64,000 nt of DNA from a virus: positions 64,001 to 128,000 of IMG/VR virus record IMGVR_UViG_3300045988_119718, one strand, 5' to 3'. The notes under the pieces were generated by a model, which saw nothing but the letters and a program-made list of their open reading frames with translations, did no database searches and had not been told where the DNA came from. Made by a program: the position numbers and the translations under genes. The first letter of the stretch is position 1. Each line of letters starts with the position of its first letter. Positions 10,617 through 21,520 of this stretch are shown here, piece after piece.

Positions 10617-10726
10617 AGTTATTTCCTCCTAAGAAATTAAAATAATAAAATATGTATAAAATATTTTGAGTTTATATCAAACTCATTAATATATTATATC
10701 GTTGATTTTTCATTTAAACTTTAAAA

Positions 10727-11221
10727 TTATTTGTACGGGTATTGCTGTCTATCATTATAGTTAGAATCTCTAGATGCGTTAGTGTTATTAATGTAGTTAT
10801 TAATAATTAATGCTTTCAATCTATCATCAAGTTCTTTCTTTTCTCCATCATGATAGTTATATGCTTTAAATGAACTAAAGTTATTAAGCAGTTTTCTAAT
10901 AGCTTCTTCATTCAGGCACATTTTAATTTCCTGAATTTCGCCATAATCAAATGCGGAAATGCAAGCTGGTACATTTACTTTAGATCTACCAATCATAGAT
11001 GGTACAGTATTTCTAAGCTGATTAAAATGGAAGTAATAGCAAATACCATTTTCATCATCCCAAAATAATTCTTGATTTCTTTCATCTACCCATGCATCAT
11101 TATCCAATTTAAGAATAATATTAATAGAGTATTCTTTTTTATCTTCAGAGCTAACCAGCTTGATAGATTTAAAAAGGTCTCTAATATGAATAACTGTTTC
11201 TTTTTCCATTTCGCACCTCAT
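10727..11221 (-). CDS. hypothetical protein (164 aa)
   Basis: ORF flanked by hairpins. Confidence 0.45.
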   Translation of the reverse strand: MRCEMEKETVIHIRDLFKSIKLVSSEDKKEYSINIILKLDNDAWVDERNQELFWDDENGICYYFHFNQLRNTVPSMIGRSKVNVPACISAFDYGEIQEIKMCLNEEAIRKLLNNFSSFKAYNYHDGEKKELDDRLKALIINNYINNTNASRDSNYNDRQQYPYK

Positions 11222-11296
11222 TTATCAAAAAAAAACAACTATAATGAGATTAGACATATAATCTAATTACACTATAGTTGTTTGTATAATCAAATA

Positions 11297-11785
11297 CTAA
11301 ATCAAATATACATCACCAAATTTAATCTTAGAAGGAATACTCTTCAAAATATTAAAATCTGGTGTTCCAAATTCAGAAGACTGATAAAACAATTCAATAT
11401 CTCTATAGAGATAATCATAAACACTACGAGATCTAATCAGTTCATCTGTTTCTTGAACTACTAACTGATCTTGACTGCCATGCCTATTGATATAATCTTT
11501 AAATACTTCAGAATACATAATTCTTCTATTATATTCCTGAAGTACTGCATTATACATCATATAGACAAACGCTTTAGTGAAATACTGTGCAGTCTTCTCA
11601 TAATTAACTGTTCCTTTAGCGATATCTTTCATTAAGAGATGAATGATGTCTTTCTTTAGTGTTCTTACTGATTTAGGATCACTTACAGTAAACAGATAAT
11701 TCTGTGGATAACCAATCAAATACTTATCAAAGAATCTACTTCCTTGTTTTTTCTTAGATGGCTTCTTAATATTATCTCTATGCAT
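11297..11785 (-). CDS. hypothetical protein (162 aa)
   Basis: ORF. Confidence 0.45.
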   Translation of the reverse strand: MHRDNIKKPSKKKQGSRFFDKYLIGYPQNYLFTVSDPKSVRTLKKDIIHLLMKDIAKGTVNYEKTAQYFTKAFVYMMYNAVLQEYNRRIMYSEVFKDYINRHGSQDQLVVQETDELIRSRSVYDYLYRDIELFYQSSEFGTPDFNILKSIPSKIKFGDVYLI

Positions 11786-11790
11786 TTATA

Positions 11791-12264
11791 TCACTCCTCA
11801 TTCTTTAACTGAAAGAAATTCTTATGCTGAATATCTGCAATAAAGAATTTATCTAAATCTTCTATAGAATCAATACCTTGGTAAGACATATCATCTTGAT
11901 ACTTATCTTCACCAAAGATGTAATCATTAAAATCATCGAGGTTTTCAATACCCCAATTTTCCAGAGTAATATCTTCTGACTCTAAGAATCTTCTGATAAA
12001 AGTATATACAGAAATACTCTTATTCATATTTACTTTTTCAGATAAGATATTAGACTTAAAGAAATTATAATACCCATTTTCTTTCAAGATATCATAGATA
12101 GCATCTACTACTGCTTGTCTACCTTTAATCAATTCCCATGTATTCACAGGATTACCACTATCATCTTCTGTTACATGAAGAACGAGATAATTCATCTCGG
12201 TATTACTTTCTACAGAGCTATTAGCACGGCTAATAACTGATCTCATTTTACTTGCAACTAACAT
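11791..12264 (-). CDS. hypothetical acidic protein (157 aa)
   Basis: ORF. Confidence 0.45.
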   Translation of the reverse strand: MLVASKMRSVISRANSSVESNTEMNYLVLHVTEDDSGNPVNTWELIKGRQAVVDAIYDILKENGYYNFFKSNILSEKVNMNKSISVYTFIRRFLESEDITLENWGIENLDDFNDYIFGEDKYQDDMSYQGIDSIEDLDKFFIADIQHKNFFQLKNEE

Positions 12265-12338
12265 TTTATTCCTCCTCTTTCTAAACTAAATAAAAACATA
12301 TTGAGAGCTATTTACTCTCAATATGATAATATATAATT

Positions 12339-13547
12339 TTAAAAGAATTTATTTTTACGAAGTACAAATATACAATTATCTGAGAATCTAGTAATACCTA
12401 CATAGTCTAAGTTCTTAGTAATATCTCTTCTCATATATTCAGCAATATATATACCTTTTCTATATTGAGAACCTTGAGATAGATGTGTGGTAATAGCATA
12501 CCCTAGTTCAAATAAATTACCAATTATACCATGTTTACGTCTATAAGATGGGCTTTGCCTAATCAAATCTTTTTTATCTTTATTTGCATTAAAGAAGTTA
12601 TAGCTGCATAGTACATCTACAAACTCCATATCAAACATAGTAGGTTTAAAGTCTATCTTAAACCCATTACCTTTACTAACCAAAGAATGCAGTGATGGAT
12701 AATTTACTACTTCTCCACATAAGCCATTAGCCATACTAATACCATCTACTTCATACTCCCAATTATTCTTTCTACAGATTATTTTTTCTCCATGGCTAGG
12801 AAGTTTTTGTTTTGGGTCTATACCATTTAATTCTCTACATCTATCATTGTAAACTGTTCTAGTCTTATTTAACCCACAAAGAATAATATCTGATTCTTTA
12901 ATCATATCATCAGTAATATCATTTGGAGTAATTACTGTAGCATTACCATAGTTACCCTCTTTAATAGTATGACCTTTTAAAATTTCATTAGCTAAATATA
13001 CTATACCAGACCCTTCATTCTGTCTCATAATCTTAGTAAGAGTATGTATATCCCCAGAATATAGAAATGCTGGAGAATCAGATACTGGTGGTAATTGATT
13101 TAAATCTCCTAAAGCTATAATCTTCTTATGAGAATCTAAAATTACATTTCTCATTTTCATAGGTACTGTTCCAGCTTCATCTATACAGACCAGTCTAATA
13201 CCCTCTGGTATTTCTTTTGGAACAAATATAGTTTTTGTTTCATATCTATCCAGATATGCATTATATCTGTCTAAATCTGGAACTTCTATAGCTTTATAGA
13301 ACCATGAATGAATGGTTTTAGAATTATAAAAACCTTTAGTACGTAATACAATAGCAGCAGCTCCTGTATAAGCCATAGGAGCTACTTCTTCTTGTGCTAA
13401 TTTTAACCTATTAATGATTTCTTTAAGTACAGTAGTTTTACCTGTACCAGCTGAACCACTAATTTGAAATACTTGTTCACTAGAATTATTATACCAATCT
13501 ATTGCTTCGGATATCAACTTCTCTTGCTCATCGTTGAATAAAATCAT
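12339..13547 (-). CDS. SF1B DNA helicase (Dda/RecD/Pif1-like)
   Basis: Walker A ISGSAGTGKTTVL, Walker B LVCIDEAGTV, and IIALGDLNQLPPV, the motif III typical of Dda/RecD. Confidence 0.75.
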   Translation of the reverse strand: MILFNDEQEKLISEAIDWYNNSSEQVFQISGSAGTGKTTVLKEIINRLKLAQEEVAPMAYTGAAAIVLRTKGFYNSKTIHSWFYKAIEVPDLDRYNAYLDRYETKTIFVPKEIPEGIRLVCIDEAGTVPMKMRNVILDSHKKIIALGDLNQLPPVSDSPAFLYSGDIHTLTKIMRQNEGSGIVYLANEILKGHTIKEGNYGNATVITPNDITDDMIKESDIILCGLNKTRTVYNDRCRELNGIDPKQKLPSHGEKIICRKNNWEYEVDGISMANGLCGEVVNYPSLHSLVSKGNGFKIDFKPTMFDMEFVDVLCSYNFFNANKDKKDLIRQSPSYRRKHGIIGNLFELGYAITTHLSQGSQYRKGIYIAEYMRRDITKNLDYVGITRFSDNCIFVLRKNKFF

Positions 13548-13556
13548 AATAGTACC

Positions 13557-14231
13557 TCACAAACGTTTAATAACAGTTCTAAGCTTAATATGATTCTTCT
13601 TACTCAATTCTTCTTCATGGATAGACATTTCTTTATTATAGAAAACATCGAATGGAACCATATCTATACTTTTAATTTCCTCACTATAAAAATCATACGG
13701 CAGAGAGTTATCGAATATCATAATCATATCGTAATACTTTAAGCAGTCTCTAATATAATCATGACCAGTAATACTTAACATAGTTTGATTAAATGATGGG
13801 ATATCAATATACTTATTCATATCTGCATCTCTAAACAATCTAATTTCAGAATGACCGATACAATTCATCTTGTTATTGGTAATAAACATATTTAAGAAAT
13901 CATTATTAATATCAATTTCTTTAATATTAACCAAGTACCATTGTAAACAATAGAGCATTAAAGCCATATTATTATATGGGTCAAATAATCTAATCTCAGG
14001 ATTTTCTTCTGTAATAGCAATCCCTCTTTCAGTAAATTCTACATATCTATATCCATTATATGTAAAAGATTCTGGTGATTTAGTAATAGGGTCTAATATT
14101 CCAGGAGCATAGATAAATCCTTCTGGAGTAATACCTAACTGTAAATCTCTAATAATCATATTAGAAAATTTAATAGAATTTTTAAGTTTCATTTCTTCAT
14201 ATTGCATCTTAATTTTATCACTGAATTTCAT
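13557..14231 (-). CDS. hypothetical protein (224 aa)
   Basis: ORF. Confidence 0.45.
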   Translation of the reverse strand: MKFSDKIKMQYEEMKLKNSIKFSNMIIRDLQLGITPEGFIYAPGILDPITKSPESFTYNGYRYVEFTERGIAITEENPEIRLFDPYNNMALMLYCLQWYLVNIKEIDINNDFLNMFITNNKMNCIGHSEIRLFRDADMNKYIDIPSFNQTMLSITGHDYIRDCLKYYDMIMIFDNSLPYDFYSEEIKSIDMVPFDVFYNKEMSIHEEELSKKNHIKLRTVIKRL

Positions 14232-14299
14232 AATGTTTATTCCTCCTTAAAAAACACTACTATAATAAAATACGTCATAATTATAATATACAATTTGAG

Positions 14300-14677
14300 G
14301 TGATATTAATGATTAATAACCCTAATGTACAAGATACCGAGATAGCTATCTTACTGACTACTTGCAATAAGTATGAACCAGGAGAACAAGTTTTTAGAAT
14401 GCAGTCTTTAACTGGGTTAAAAGATAATACTAATAATATAAGTAGAATTAGTTTAAGTAAAACTAATATCTTAAATAAGAATACTGGTAATCTACCTCTA
14501 GGAGATGTAGGTATAGCATCTGCAATAAAGCTTAAAGTTCCTGTAGAAGTTTCAAGACGATACCCTCTTAAATTTATACCTCCTGGAACTAGATTCATAG
14601 TAAGTTTTACAAGTAGTGATATTACTAAACCAGTTATTATAGGAGGAGAATTCTATGGCAACGACAGTAATAGTTGA
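14300..14677 (+). CDS. hypothetical protein (125 aa)
   Basis: RBS GAGGTGA upstream of the ATG. Plus-strand pair embedded in the minus-strand block and terminated by the hairpin at 15115-15140. Confidence 0.5.
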   Translation: MILMINNPNVQDTEIAILLTTCNKYEPGEQVFRMQSLTGLKDNTNNISRISLSKTNILNKNTGNLPLGDVGIASAIKLKVPVEVSRRYPLKFIPPGTRFIVSFTSSDITKPVIIGGEFYGNDSNS

Positions 14678-15101
14678 TGGTTCTACCAATCCAATGTATT
14701 CTCATACATTAGATGAATTTAAAGCTGCATATAATAACCGAAGTGTAGTACCGATTTATGAAAGCTTTTGTTATCAAGAACAGTCAGGTGGAATAAAATA
14801 TGTAGTGAAAGATGTACTAGACGATTATATGTATGAGCTAAAGAAGTTAGCTATAAATATAGAATTAACTAATGATGAATTAGTTAAGTACAATTATAAA
14901 CCAAAACTGTTATCTGCTGATATATATGGTTTGACAGATTTCTATTATTTGATATTATTACTAAATGGGATATGTAATGTAAAAGAATTCCATAATATCA
15001 ATCCATTAAAACTCATACCAGCTGATACTTTAGGGAACTATTTATCATCTATACTAACAAATGAATCTAAAAATATAAAAAGATTTAATTCTTATCATTA
15101 A
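14655..15101 (+). CDS. hypothetical protein (148 aa)
   Basis: RBS AGGAGGAG; overlaps the upstream gene. Confidence 0.5.
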   Translation: MATTVIVDGSTNPMYSHTLDEFKAAYNNRSVVPIYESFCYQEQSGGIKYVVKDVLDDYMYELKKLAINIELTNDELVKYNYKPKLLSADIYGLTDFYYLILLLNGICNVKEFHNINPLKLIPADTLGNYLSSILTNESKNIKRFNSYH

Positions 15102-15114
15102 AATCCAAATTATT

Positions 15115-15140
15115 ACAAGATAGCTATATAGCTATCTTGT
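15115..15140. terminator. bidirectional stem-loop ACAAGATAGCTATATAGCTATCTTGT
   Basis: Between convergent genes. Confidence 0.55.
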
Positions 15141-15160
15141 AATATAATGTTTTGAGATAA

Positions 15161-16750
15161 TTAGAATTCGATAGAATCTACACAGTCGTATTTCTTATTC
15201 TTAAGAATCTTAACAAGAGCTTTAAATGGATCAAGCTCATTATTTACTACCATATTCACCATGCTACTAGAGAAACCAGATAACAAAGTTACTCCATTCT
15301 CATTAGTTCTCAAAGGAACATTCTGATCAGCGTAAATAGAAGTATTCCAGAAAATCAGTTTAGGCATCTTATAACCATGTTTTTCATATTTTTCAATGAG
15401 GTATTCAAACAAAGATTGATCTGGTGTAGCACCACATGCATAATCAAATTGCATATCAGATACGATAACAATTCTTTCTGGCATATCTTCTTGTGCAATC
15501 TTATTCTTAATAGCAGTATTAAGAATCAGATTGAATACTTTTTCGATATTAGTATTACCACAATCGTCATATTCACCCAGAATCTTAAGCTTAGCACAAA
15601 GATGATCAGTAGAAGTAGTCAAATCTACAATCTTTGGTTTGCTAGAGAATGTAATGAATTTGTTTTTGAATTCACCAGTATTAAACTGAGACAAGAAGAT
15701 ACAAATAGAATCCCCAATATCCATCGAAGTGAGAGAAGAACTATGTGAAATACAGTTTACCATAGAATAAGAACCATCTCTTACTACGAGAGTATTAGAC
15801 AGCTTCGCTGGAGTTGGCAGATTCTTCCACAGTTGTTCAAGAGAATCATCTTTAGTAACATTAAACCCGTGAGACATATCGCAATGTTCTCTGTATTTAT
15901 GAATGATATCATACATAAACAAAGTACCAGCATTAATAGTAGTTTTACCTTCTTTAAGTTTAGAAAGATAATCTTTTCTACGCTCAGTATCATGCCGTAA
16001 AAATGCATCTTTATACTTCAAGTTGGCATAGCTAGGAACACGTTCATATTCAATTTCTTTCCAGTTATTAGCACTAGTGTCTACTTCTACCACTTTACTA
16101 TGCTTTCTCAAAATAGAAAGCATTTTTCGATACTGTTTACTAGAGAGTTTAAATTCATTAGCAATCCAATTAGCAATCAATTTAGTTTTCTTAGAAGAAG
16201 TATTAATAGAAGGCATCCATTTACCAAGTAATGAGATATGGCAATCCTCATCCAAACTTGTTGCTTTAGCACATTTCTTAATATCTTCATTAAGCTGCTT
16301 AGTAATAATAAACTTAATGCAATCTGTAATTTCTTTAGACGTATCTTTCAATGCATACCAAATATAGATTAAGTCATCCCATCTACCAAAATCATTTTGG
16401 ATATTGCATTTCTCAATAATTTCAAGAGCTACTTTTGGATATTTCATAGCAAAATCTACGAATAAAACTCTAAATGAGTTTCTTTCACCAGCACCATTCT
16501 TAATGTCTCTCAGATAAAGCAACCATCTAATAGCCAAGTTTTTATCTTCACTATATGCTTTAGTAAAAGTATTTTCAAACTTATAAGGATTATTTCTCAA
16601 AGATGGAATATTATAATTCAAATCCAAAAGATATTCTCCAGTTGAAGCATAAGTGGTAGCACCATTTGCAGTAGTGGTTACTTCATTTAAAGTTTCTTTG
16701 TCCATCAGTTTCATAATATCAGTCATGATTCTCCTCCTAAATAAATACAT
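15161..16750 (-). CDS. vWA-domain protein (DUF2828-like)
   Basis: MIDAS-like LVVRDGSYSM (DxSxS) and IVIVSDMQFD; about 530 aa, as expected for DUF2828. Confidence 0.5.
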   Translation of the reverse strand: MYLFRRRIMTDIMKLMDKETLNEVTTTANGATTYASTGEYLLDLNYNIPSLRNNPYKFENTFTKAYSEDKNLAIRWLLYLRDIKNGAGERNSFRVLFVDFAMKYPKVALEIIEKCNIQNDFGRWDDLIYIWYALKDTSKEITDCIKFIITKQLNEDIKKCAKATSLDEDCHISLLGKWMPSINTSSKKTKLIANWIANEFKLSSKQYRKMLSILRKHSKVVEVDTSANNWKEIEYERVPSYANLKYKDAFLRHDTERRKDYLSKLKEGKTTINAGTLFMYDIIHKYREHCDMSHGFNVTKDDSLEQLWKNLPTPAKLSNTLVVRDGSYSMVNCISHSSSLTSMDIGDSICIFLSQFNTGEFKNKFITFSSKPKIVDLTTSTDHLCAKLKILGEYDDCGNTNIEKVFNLILNTAIKNKIAQEDMPERIVIVSDMQFDYACGATPDQSLFEYLIEKYEKHGYKMPKLIFWNTSIYADQNVPLRTNENGVTLLSGFSSSMVNMVVNNELDPFKALVKILKNKKYDCVDSIEF

Positions 16751-16950
16751 TACTTATTACGTCTATTCCATTTTAACTTTTCAAAATTTTTAAATAGGTT
16801 TATAGAGTCTGTAAACTTAGGTACAGACTCTAAACCACATTTATCGCATTTGAAAGAGTATAATTTATTGGTTTCATCATAAATGATTTTTAAAAAAGAA
16901 TGCTTATTGCATATAGGACATTTTATATTCTTTAACTTAATCTCTATCAT
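16750..16950 (-). CDS. small zinc-ribbon protein (66 aa)
   Basis: CPICNK...CDKCG; ATGA overlap with the helicase stop. Confidence 0.5.
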   Translation of the reverse strand: MIEIKLKNIKCPICNKHSFLKIIYDETNKLYSFKCDKCGLESVPKFTDSINLFKNFEKLKWNRRNK

Positions 16951-18632
16951 GATGTAACCCTTTCTATTACTACTCTCATTTTGGGTACGTCAGAAATAAA
17001 TCCTTCAAATTCATCTAAATCCGCAATAGGTTCGCTTTCCAACATAGCGTTCTTAGCAAACCGATTATTATCATTAGTAAAGATACTAGCATTTTCATCA
17101 TATACTAAACTATACTTAGCAGCTGGTTGAAAACAATTTACATCTTCTACTAATTTAATAGTATTGCCTTGTACAAATGGCTGATAGAATCTAGTGGCTC
17201 CTGCATCAATATCAACTCTATAACGGTGCTTTGTAATCTTAATACCTAAATATTTTACTCCATCTTTTTCACATGGAATAATAAGAATAGTAGCATCCAG
17301 ATTTTCATCAATAAGAGAAGATTCACCTATATTAGCTCTACCTACACCATTCATCATTTTATCAAATCTATCATTTGTTCTAGCTTCATCTACAGTTCTA
17401 GCAGCTTCTCTATTAAGCTGAGATGCTGTAATGACTGGTATTTTGTATTCTACAGCAAAGTTTTTAAACTCGTTAATTACATTACCAAGTCTAAATCTTT
17501 CATCCATAGTATTACCAAATACTGGTCTAATACGCTTTATATAATCCTGAAATACGGCTATAGTTTCAAATCCTTTATCAGCATATTCCTCTACTAATGA
17601 ATATAGATAACTAGTATCTACAGAATTAATAGGAGCATATCTTAAGTGAATTGCAATATCACCTGGTTCAGAACATCTTAATCCAGATTTTTCCATATTA
17701 GCCATAACTTGTTTTGCTGTTGGCCCATTTGGGTCTTTAAGATTTTCAGTAAATCCTGCAATATTATACATGGACTGAAATTCTTCATCAGGCTGGTTTT
17801 CCATTGAAAGATAGATAATACAAGGTTTCTTTGTTTTATCTTTACATTCATACCCTCTATTGTATAATGCTACTTGGTAAGCTAAGTTCTTAAGTAAAGT
17901 AGATTTACCCTCACCAGCTAGACCAAACATAGAATATACTCTACCGCCTTCAAATCCACCAGCTAGAATTTTATTAAATGCTTGCATCCCAGTTTTAAGA
18001 ATATGAGATGGGCTTCTAATAGTAGTCAAAATCTGATCAATAGCATTACCAGGGTCACCTAAGTTAATACTATTTAAATCATTAGTACTTGCTTGATTTC
18101 TTCTAATCTTATTATTAGCATTCTTAATAATTTCTTTAAGATTATTAGCATTAGTTTGAATAGTACCTGGGTCAGATGTATCTAAAGAAATACATGCAGA
18201 CTTCAGTTCACTAGAGATATCAATCATATCCGCTGTATTCAAATAATCACTAATAACGTTTTGTGCTATCCAAGCTGCATCATTAGTATTTAATTCTGCA
18301 AAGTCATCAGGATTAATGGTTGGATATTTATTTCCAACTACACCAATAGCATCTTTGACATAGAATTCTCTTTTTGTAAGTTTCTTATCCAGCTTAGCAT
18401 GAAGAATATCCAAGCAAAAATTATATCTAGCTAATAGATCTGGTTCATTTGCATATAATCCTGGGTTATTTCGTAATAGTAAAGAACGAAGATTAACTAA
18501 ATTAGAAATTTGAATAGACTGATTTTCAGATAGTGCATATTGGCACATCCAATTCAAAGTTTTTAAATCTAATTTCATACTAGATTTATCTTCATCATCT
18601 TTACGTATTTTTTTATAGCTTCTTCCACTCAT
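16947..18632 (-). CDS. replicative DNA helicase, DnaB family (T4 gp41-like)
   Basis: Walker A GLAGEGKSTLL and H4 motif ITASQLNREA, in a RecA-like C-terminal domain. Confidence 0.75.
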   Translation of the reverse strand: MSGRSYKKIRKDDEDKSSMKLDLKTLNWMCQYALSENQSIQISNLVNLRSLLLRNNPGLYANEPDLLARYNFCLDILHAKLDKKLTKREFYVKDAIGVVGNKYPTINPDDFAELNTNDAAWIAQNVISDYLNTADMIDISSELKSACISLDTSDPGTIQTNANNLKEIIKNANNKIRRNQASTNDLNSINLGDPGNAIDQILTTIRSPSHILKTGMQAFNKILAGGFEGGRVYSMFGLAGEGKSTLLKNLAYQVALYNRGYECKDKTKKPCIIYLSMENQPDEEFQSMYNIAGFTENLKDPNGPTAKQVMANMEKSGLRCSEPGDIAIHLRYAPINSVDTSYLYSLVEEYADKGFETIAVFQDYIKRIRPVFGNTMDERFRLGNVINEFKNFAVEYKIPVITASQLNREAARTVDEARTNDRFDKMMNGVGRANIGESSLIDENLDATILIIPCEKDGVKYLGIKITKHRYRVDIDAGATRFYQPFVQGNTIKLVEDVNCFQPAAKYSLVYDENASIFTNDNNRFAKNAMLESEPIADLDEFEGFISDVPKMRVVIERVTS

Positions 18633-18679
18633 TATGGTACTCTCCTAACAGTGTGATTTTTATTATTAGTTTTGTTGAG

Positions 18680-19810
18680 CTATAAATCTTTTAGTAAATT
18701 GACCAAATCGTCAGCAGTAATATAGATTTCTTTCTTACACTGATTAATATATTTAGCTAACTTAGCTTCTGGAGTTAAATTTCTATCAAAGATATAATCA
18801 AAATCTTTATACTTTTCCACTATTTCTTTAGTCTCTTTAGTAATCTCTTCTTTACGAGATTTATCGTTAATTACAACTTCTTTGTTTCCTCTAAAGTAAG
18901 TCTGCAACAGATTAATAGCTTCTGGATTAGATACTGTGAAATCGATTCTAATATACTTAATATTTTCTTCTACTTTTTTTCTCAAAATAAATTGAATTAT
19001 ATCTTTAGGGTCATTATGAATCATATCGTCTAAATTTATAATTGCATATTTATCAGAAATAATGGGTTCATATTGTACTGAGTAAGTATGAGTTGCTATA
19101 TCCTGTAATAAGAATATAAACCCTTTATCTACATCAGCATCAGCAAAGCTCCATCTATATGGAGAACCACAATAATAGAAATGAGAATCAAAGCATCTAG
19201 CATTATGTACATGGCCAGAAATAATTGGCCCTAAGCAATAACCAAAATCATTCATACAGAATACCGGTTCTCTTTGAGAATCTAAATCTGGTAATTCTTT
19301 TCCGTAAATAGAACCAGCATAAGTACCATGCATATAACAACTATCGTATAAACCATTTCCATACATTAATTCTCTGTAGAACTGTTTTCCTTTACCATAT
19401 AATTCTGGAATGCATAAGATACGTTTACCTTTTACGTATTCATATCTACACTCTTCTACAATTCGTATATCACAAACATTTTTAGCCTGTTCTGCTAATG
19501 GATAGAATAATTTAATCTGGTCGGCATCATGAGAGAATGTACCACCAATAATGATTAGAGTAGCATGTTTCATAGCACATACTGCAATTAAATCTTTAAT
19601 GAAGTATTGTGCAACTGTAATAGCATCACTAGATGCCATAAACTTATGGTCAAAAACATCACCATTAATAGATACGATATCTAGAATAGGCATTTTAATC
19701 AGTTTATTAATAAACTGATCTTTTAAAATATTATATTGTAAATTTGGATTCATAGCTCCAAAATGGGTATCTGCAATATGGGCTTCTACAAACATACCAT
19801 CATTAATCAT
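18680..19810 (-). CDS. Mre11/SbcD-like calcineurin-fold nuclease (T4 gp47-like)
   Basis: Metallophosphoesterase motifs HIADTHFG, NGDVFDH, GGTFSHD and SGHVHN. Confidence 0.65.
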   Translation of the reverse strand: MINDGMFVEAHIADTHFGAMNPNLQYNILKDQFINKLIKMPILDIVSINGDVFDHKFMASSDAITVAQYFIKDLIAVCAMKHATLIIIGGTFSHDADQIKLFYPLAEQAKNVCDIRIVEECRYEYVKGKRILCIPELYGKGKQFYRELMYGNGLYDSCYMHGTYAGSIYGKELPDLDSQREPVFCMNDFGYCLGPIISGHVHNARCFDSHFYYCGSPYRWSFADADVDKGFIFLLQDIATHTYSVQYEPIISDKYAIINLDDMIHNDPKDIIQFILRKKVEENIKYIRIDFTVSNPEAINLLQTYFRGNKEVVINDKSRKEEITKETKEIVEKYKDFDYIFDRNLTPEAKLAKYINQCKKEIYITADDLVNLLKDL

Positions 19811-20409
19811 AACTTTTTACCTCTAACTTCTTTAGACTCATTTTTAATCTCTTCCATTACCATTTCCATATTAGCCATAGCATACGGAAGATATGATTCA
19901 GTGTATTCCATTATCTTAGTTCTAAGTATAGTGATAATATCATTTTTATGTTTCATAATATCTGAAACTGAAGAATATGTAATGGGTATTCCATCTCTGG
20001 ATAAAGTACATGTAAGTTTAGTCAATGCTATAGTATTAGAAATATTAAGGTTAATGGTAACACTAAAATCAGCATCTTTATTATAGAATTGGCATGCAAT
20101 AAAAGTTATCCTGCCGTCTCTATCTTTTCTAGCCTTATACGAAAATTTAGTATTATCATTATTCTTAATAGACATAAATTGATCTTTAATAAACAATTCT
20201 CTTTGTACTTGAGTCTTATCTAAAAAATCAATATATTCAAACAATAGTTCTTCTATAGAATCTATATTCCATACTCTATTTTCAATTTCTTTAGAGATAA
20301 TAAAGTTTATAATTTTGAGTGCGATTTTCTTTAAAAACGAATGTTTATTTAAAAACTCGATAGTATTGATAAAGTAATAATTAGTCATAACTATATCTGA
20401 AATAAGCAT
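19807..20409 (-). CDS. hypothetical protein (200 aa)
   Basis: ORF; overlaps the upstream gene by 4 nt. Confidence 0.45.
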   Translation of the reverse strand: MLISDIVMTNYYFINTIEFLNKHSFLKKIALKIINFIISKEIENRVWNIDSIEELLFEYIDFLDKTQVQRELFIKDQFMSIKNNDNTKFSYKARKDRDGRITFIACQFYNKDADFSVTINLNISNTIALTKLTCTLSRDGIPITYSSVSDIMKHKNDIITILRTKIMEYTESYLPYAMANMEMVMEEIKNESKEVRGKKL

Positions 20410-20524
20410 TTTACACTCCTCCTTATCAATTAATTTAATGTAATTTTAGAAATAGATTGCTATATTTTAGAACTATAAAAACATACTAATAATTTAATCA
20501 TTTAAAAGAAAGGATGTAGCTTTT
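20410..20524. promoter_or_regulatory. divergent promoter region between the minus replication block and the plus structural block
   Basis: 115 nt AT-rich spacer between divergently transcribed genes; TATATTTTAG-like -10 elements. Confidence 0.35.
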
Positions 20525-21466
20525 ATGTCTGATAAACCAGTTGCAACTCCAATTTCACAATGCTATTTATACAGCAAAATGAATGGATATACAAAAGTAA
20601 TGGCTAATGCTATTCTAAACGCTAAGCGTATTGATAGAAACACTACAGAATTTGCAGAAGATGTAGGATTAGAAATTAAACGTTCTAAAGCCCCTGTATA
20701 TCTTCTTAAAATATTAACTTCTAAAAATACCCATTTAATACAGCCTGAGAATCCATTGCCAAAACCTATTCGAGTATTTGCTGCTAAAGATCTTAAAGGC
20801 AATAGGAAGATTAATGCTTTTATTGATATCAGCAATATAATTGCAGAAACGAATAATAATAGATATAAAGTTAATACTTCAGTATTGATTGCTTATTTAT
20901 TATCAGCTAAGCATAATATGATGTATTATGGTATCCCAGGAGCATTTAGTTCTAAATCTCAATTAGTATTATTAGAAACTAGAGCTTTTGCTAAATTGTT
21001 TACTCATGTAATTGATTATCTCGGTAATATCTCTATTATAGCTGAAAATAGAGAAAAGATGATGTATCTCTCAGCCGAATATTTCTTATACAATCATCTT
21101 AAACTTACTGATGAAGATAGAATTCATGAAATTGCTATGAGAGTAGCAGATATTAATGAATCTCAGCAAAATATATTTAATATTGTATCTGAGGGGAAAG
21201 ATTTAAAGACTTTACCAGGATTTGTAGATGCAGTTAAAGAAATCTTTAAGATGAATAAACTCACCTTATCATTAGTAATAGAAAAATGGATGTTCTTATA
21301 TGGTGCAGCTACCGTATTATCATTAGAATTCTTGCCATCTTTCTTAACTATGATTACTGATGCATACAGCGGTGTATATTTAAACAATCAGAAATCTATT
21401 GAAAAGATTTTAGCTAAAGACTTAGTAGAATTGGGTAAAATGCTTATTTATGATATTACGGTTTAA
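20525..21466 (+). CDS. hypothetical protein (313 aa)
   Basis: RBS AAAGGATG; first gene of the plus-strand structural block. Confidence 0.5.
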   Translation: MSDKPVATPISQCYLYSKMNGYTKVMANAILNAKRIDRNTTEFAEDVGLEIKRSKAPVYLLKILTSKNTHLIQPENPLPKPIRVFAAKDLKGNRKINAFIDISNIIAETNNNRYKVNTSVLIAYLLSAKHNMMYYGIPGAFSSKSQLVLLETRAFAKLFTHVIDYLGNISIIAENREKMMYLSAEYFLYNHLKLTDEDRIHEIAMRVADINESQQNIFNIVSEGKDLKTLPGFVDAVKEIFKMNKLTLSLVIEKWMFLYGAATVLSLEFLPSFLTMITDAYSGVYLNNQKSIEKILAKDLVELGKMLIYDITV

Positions 21467-21520
21467 AATATTGGATGAAGGGTTAAATCCTTCATCCATT
21501 TTTCATATAGGAGTAATAAT

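Noticed and set aside
14281-14598. 105-aa minus ORF antisense to ORF 14300-14677
   Set aside because: No RBS. The plus ORF has a GAGGTGA RBS and is translationally coupled to the next plus gene.
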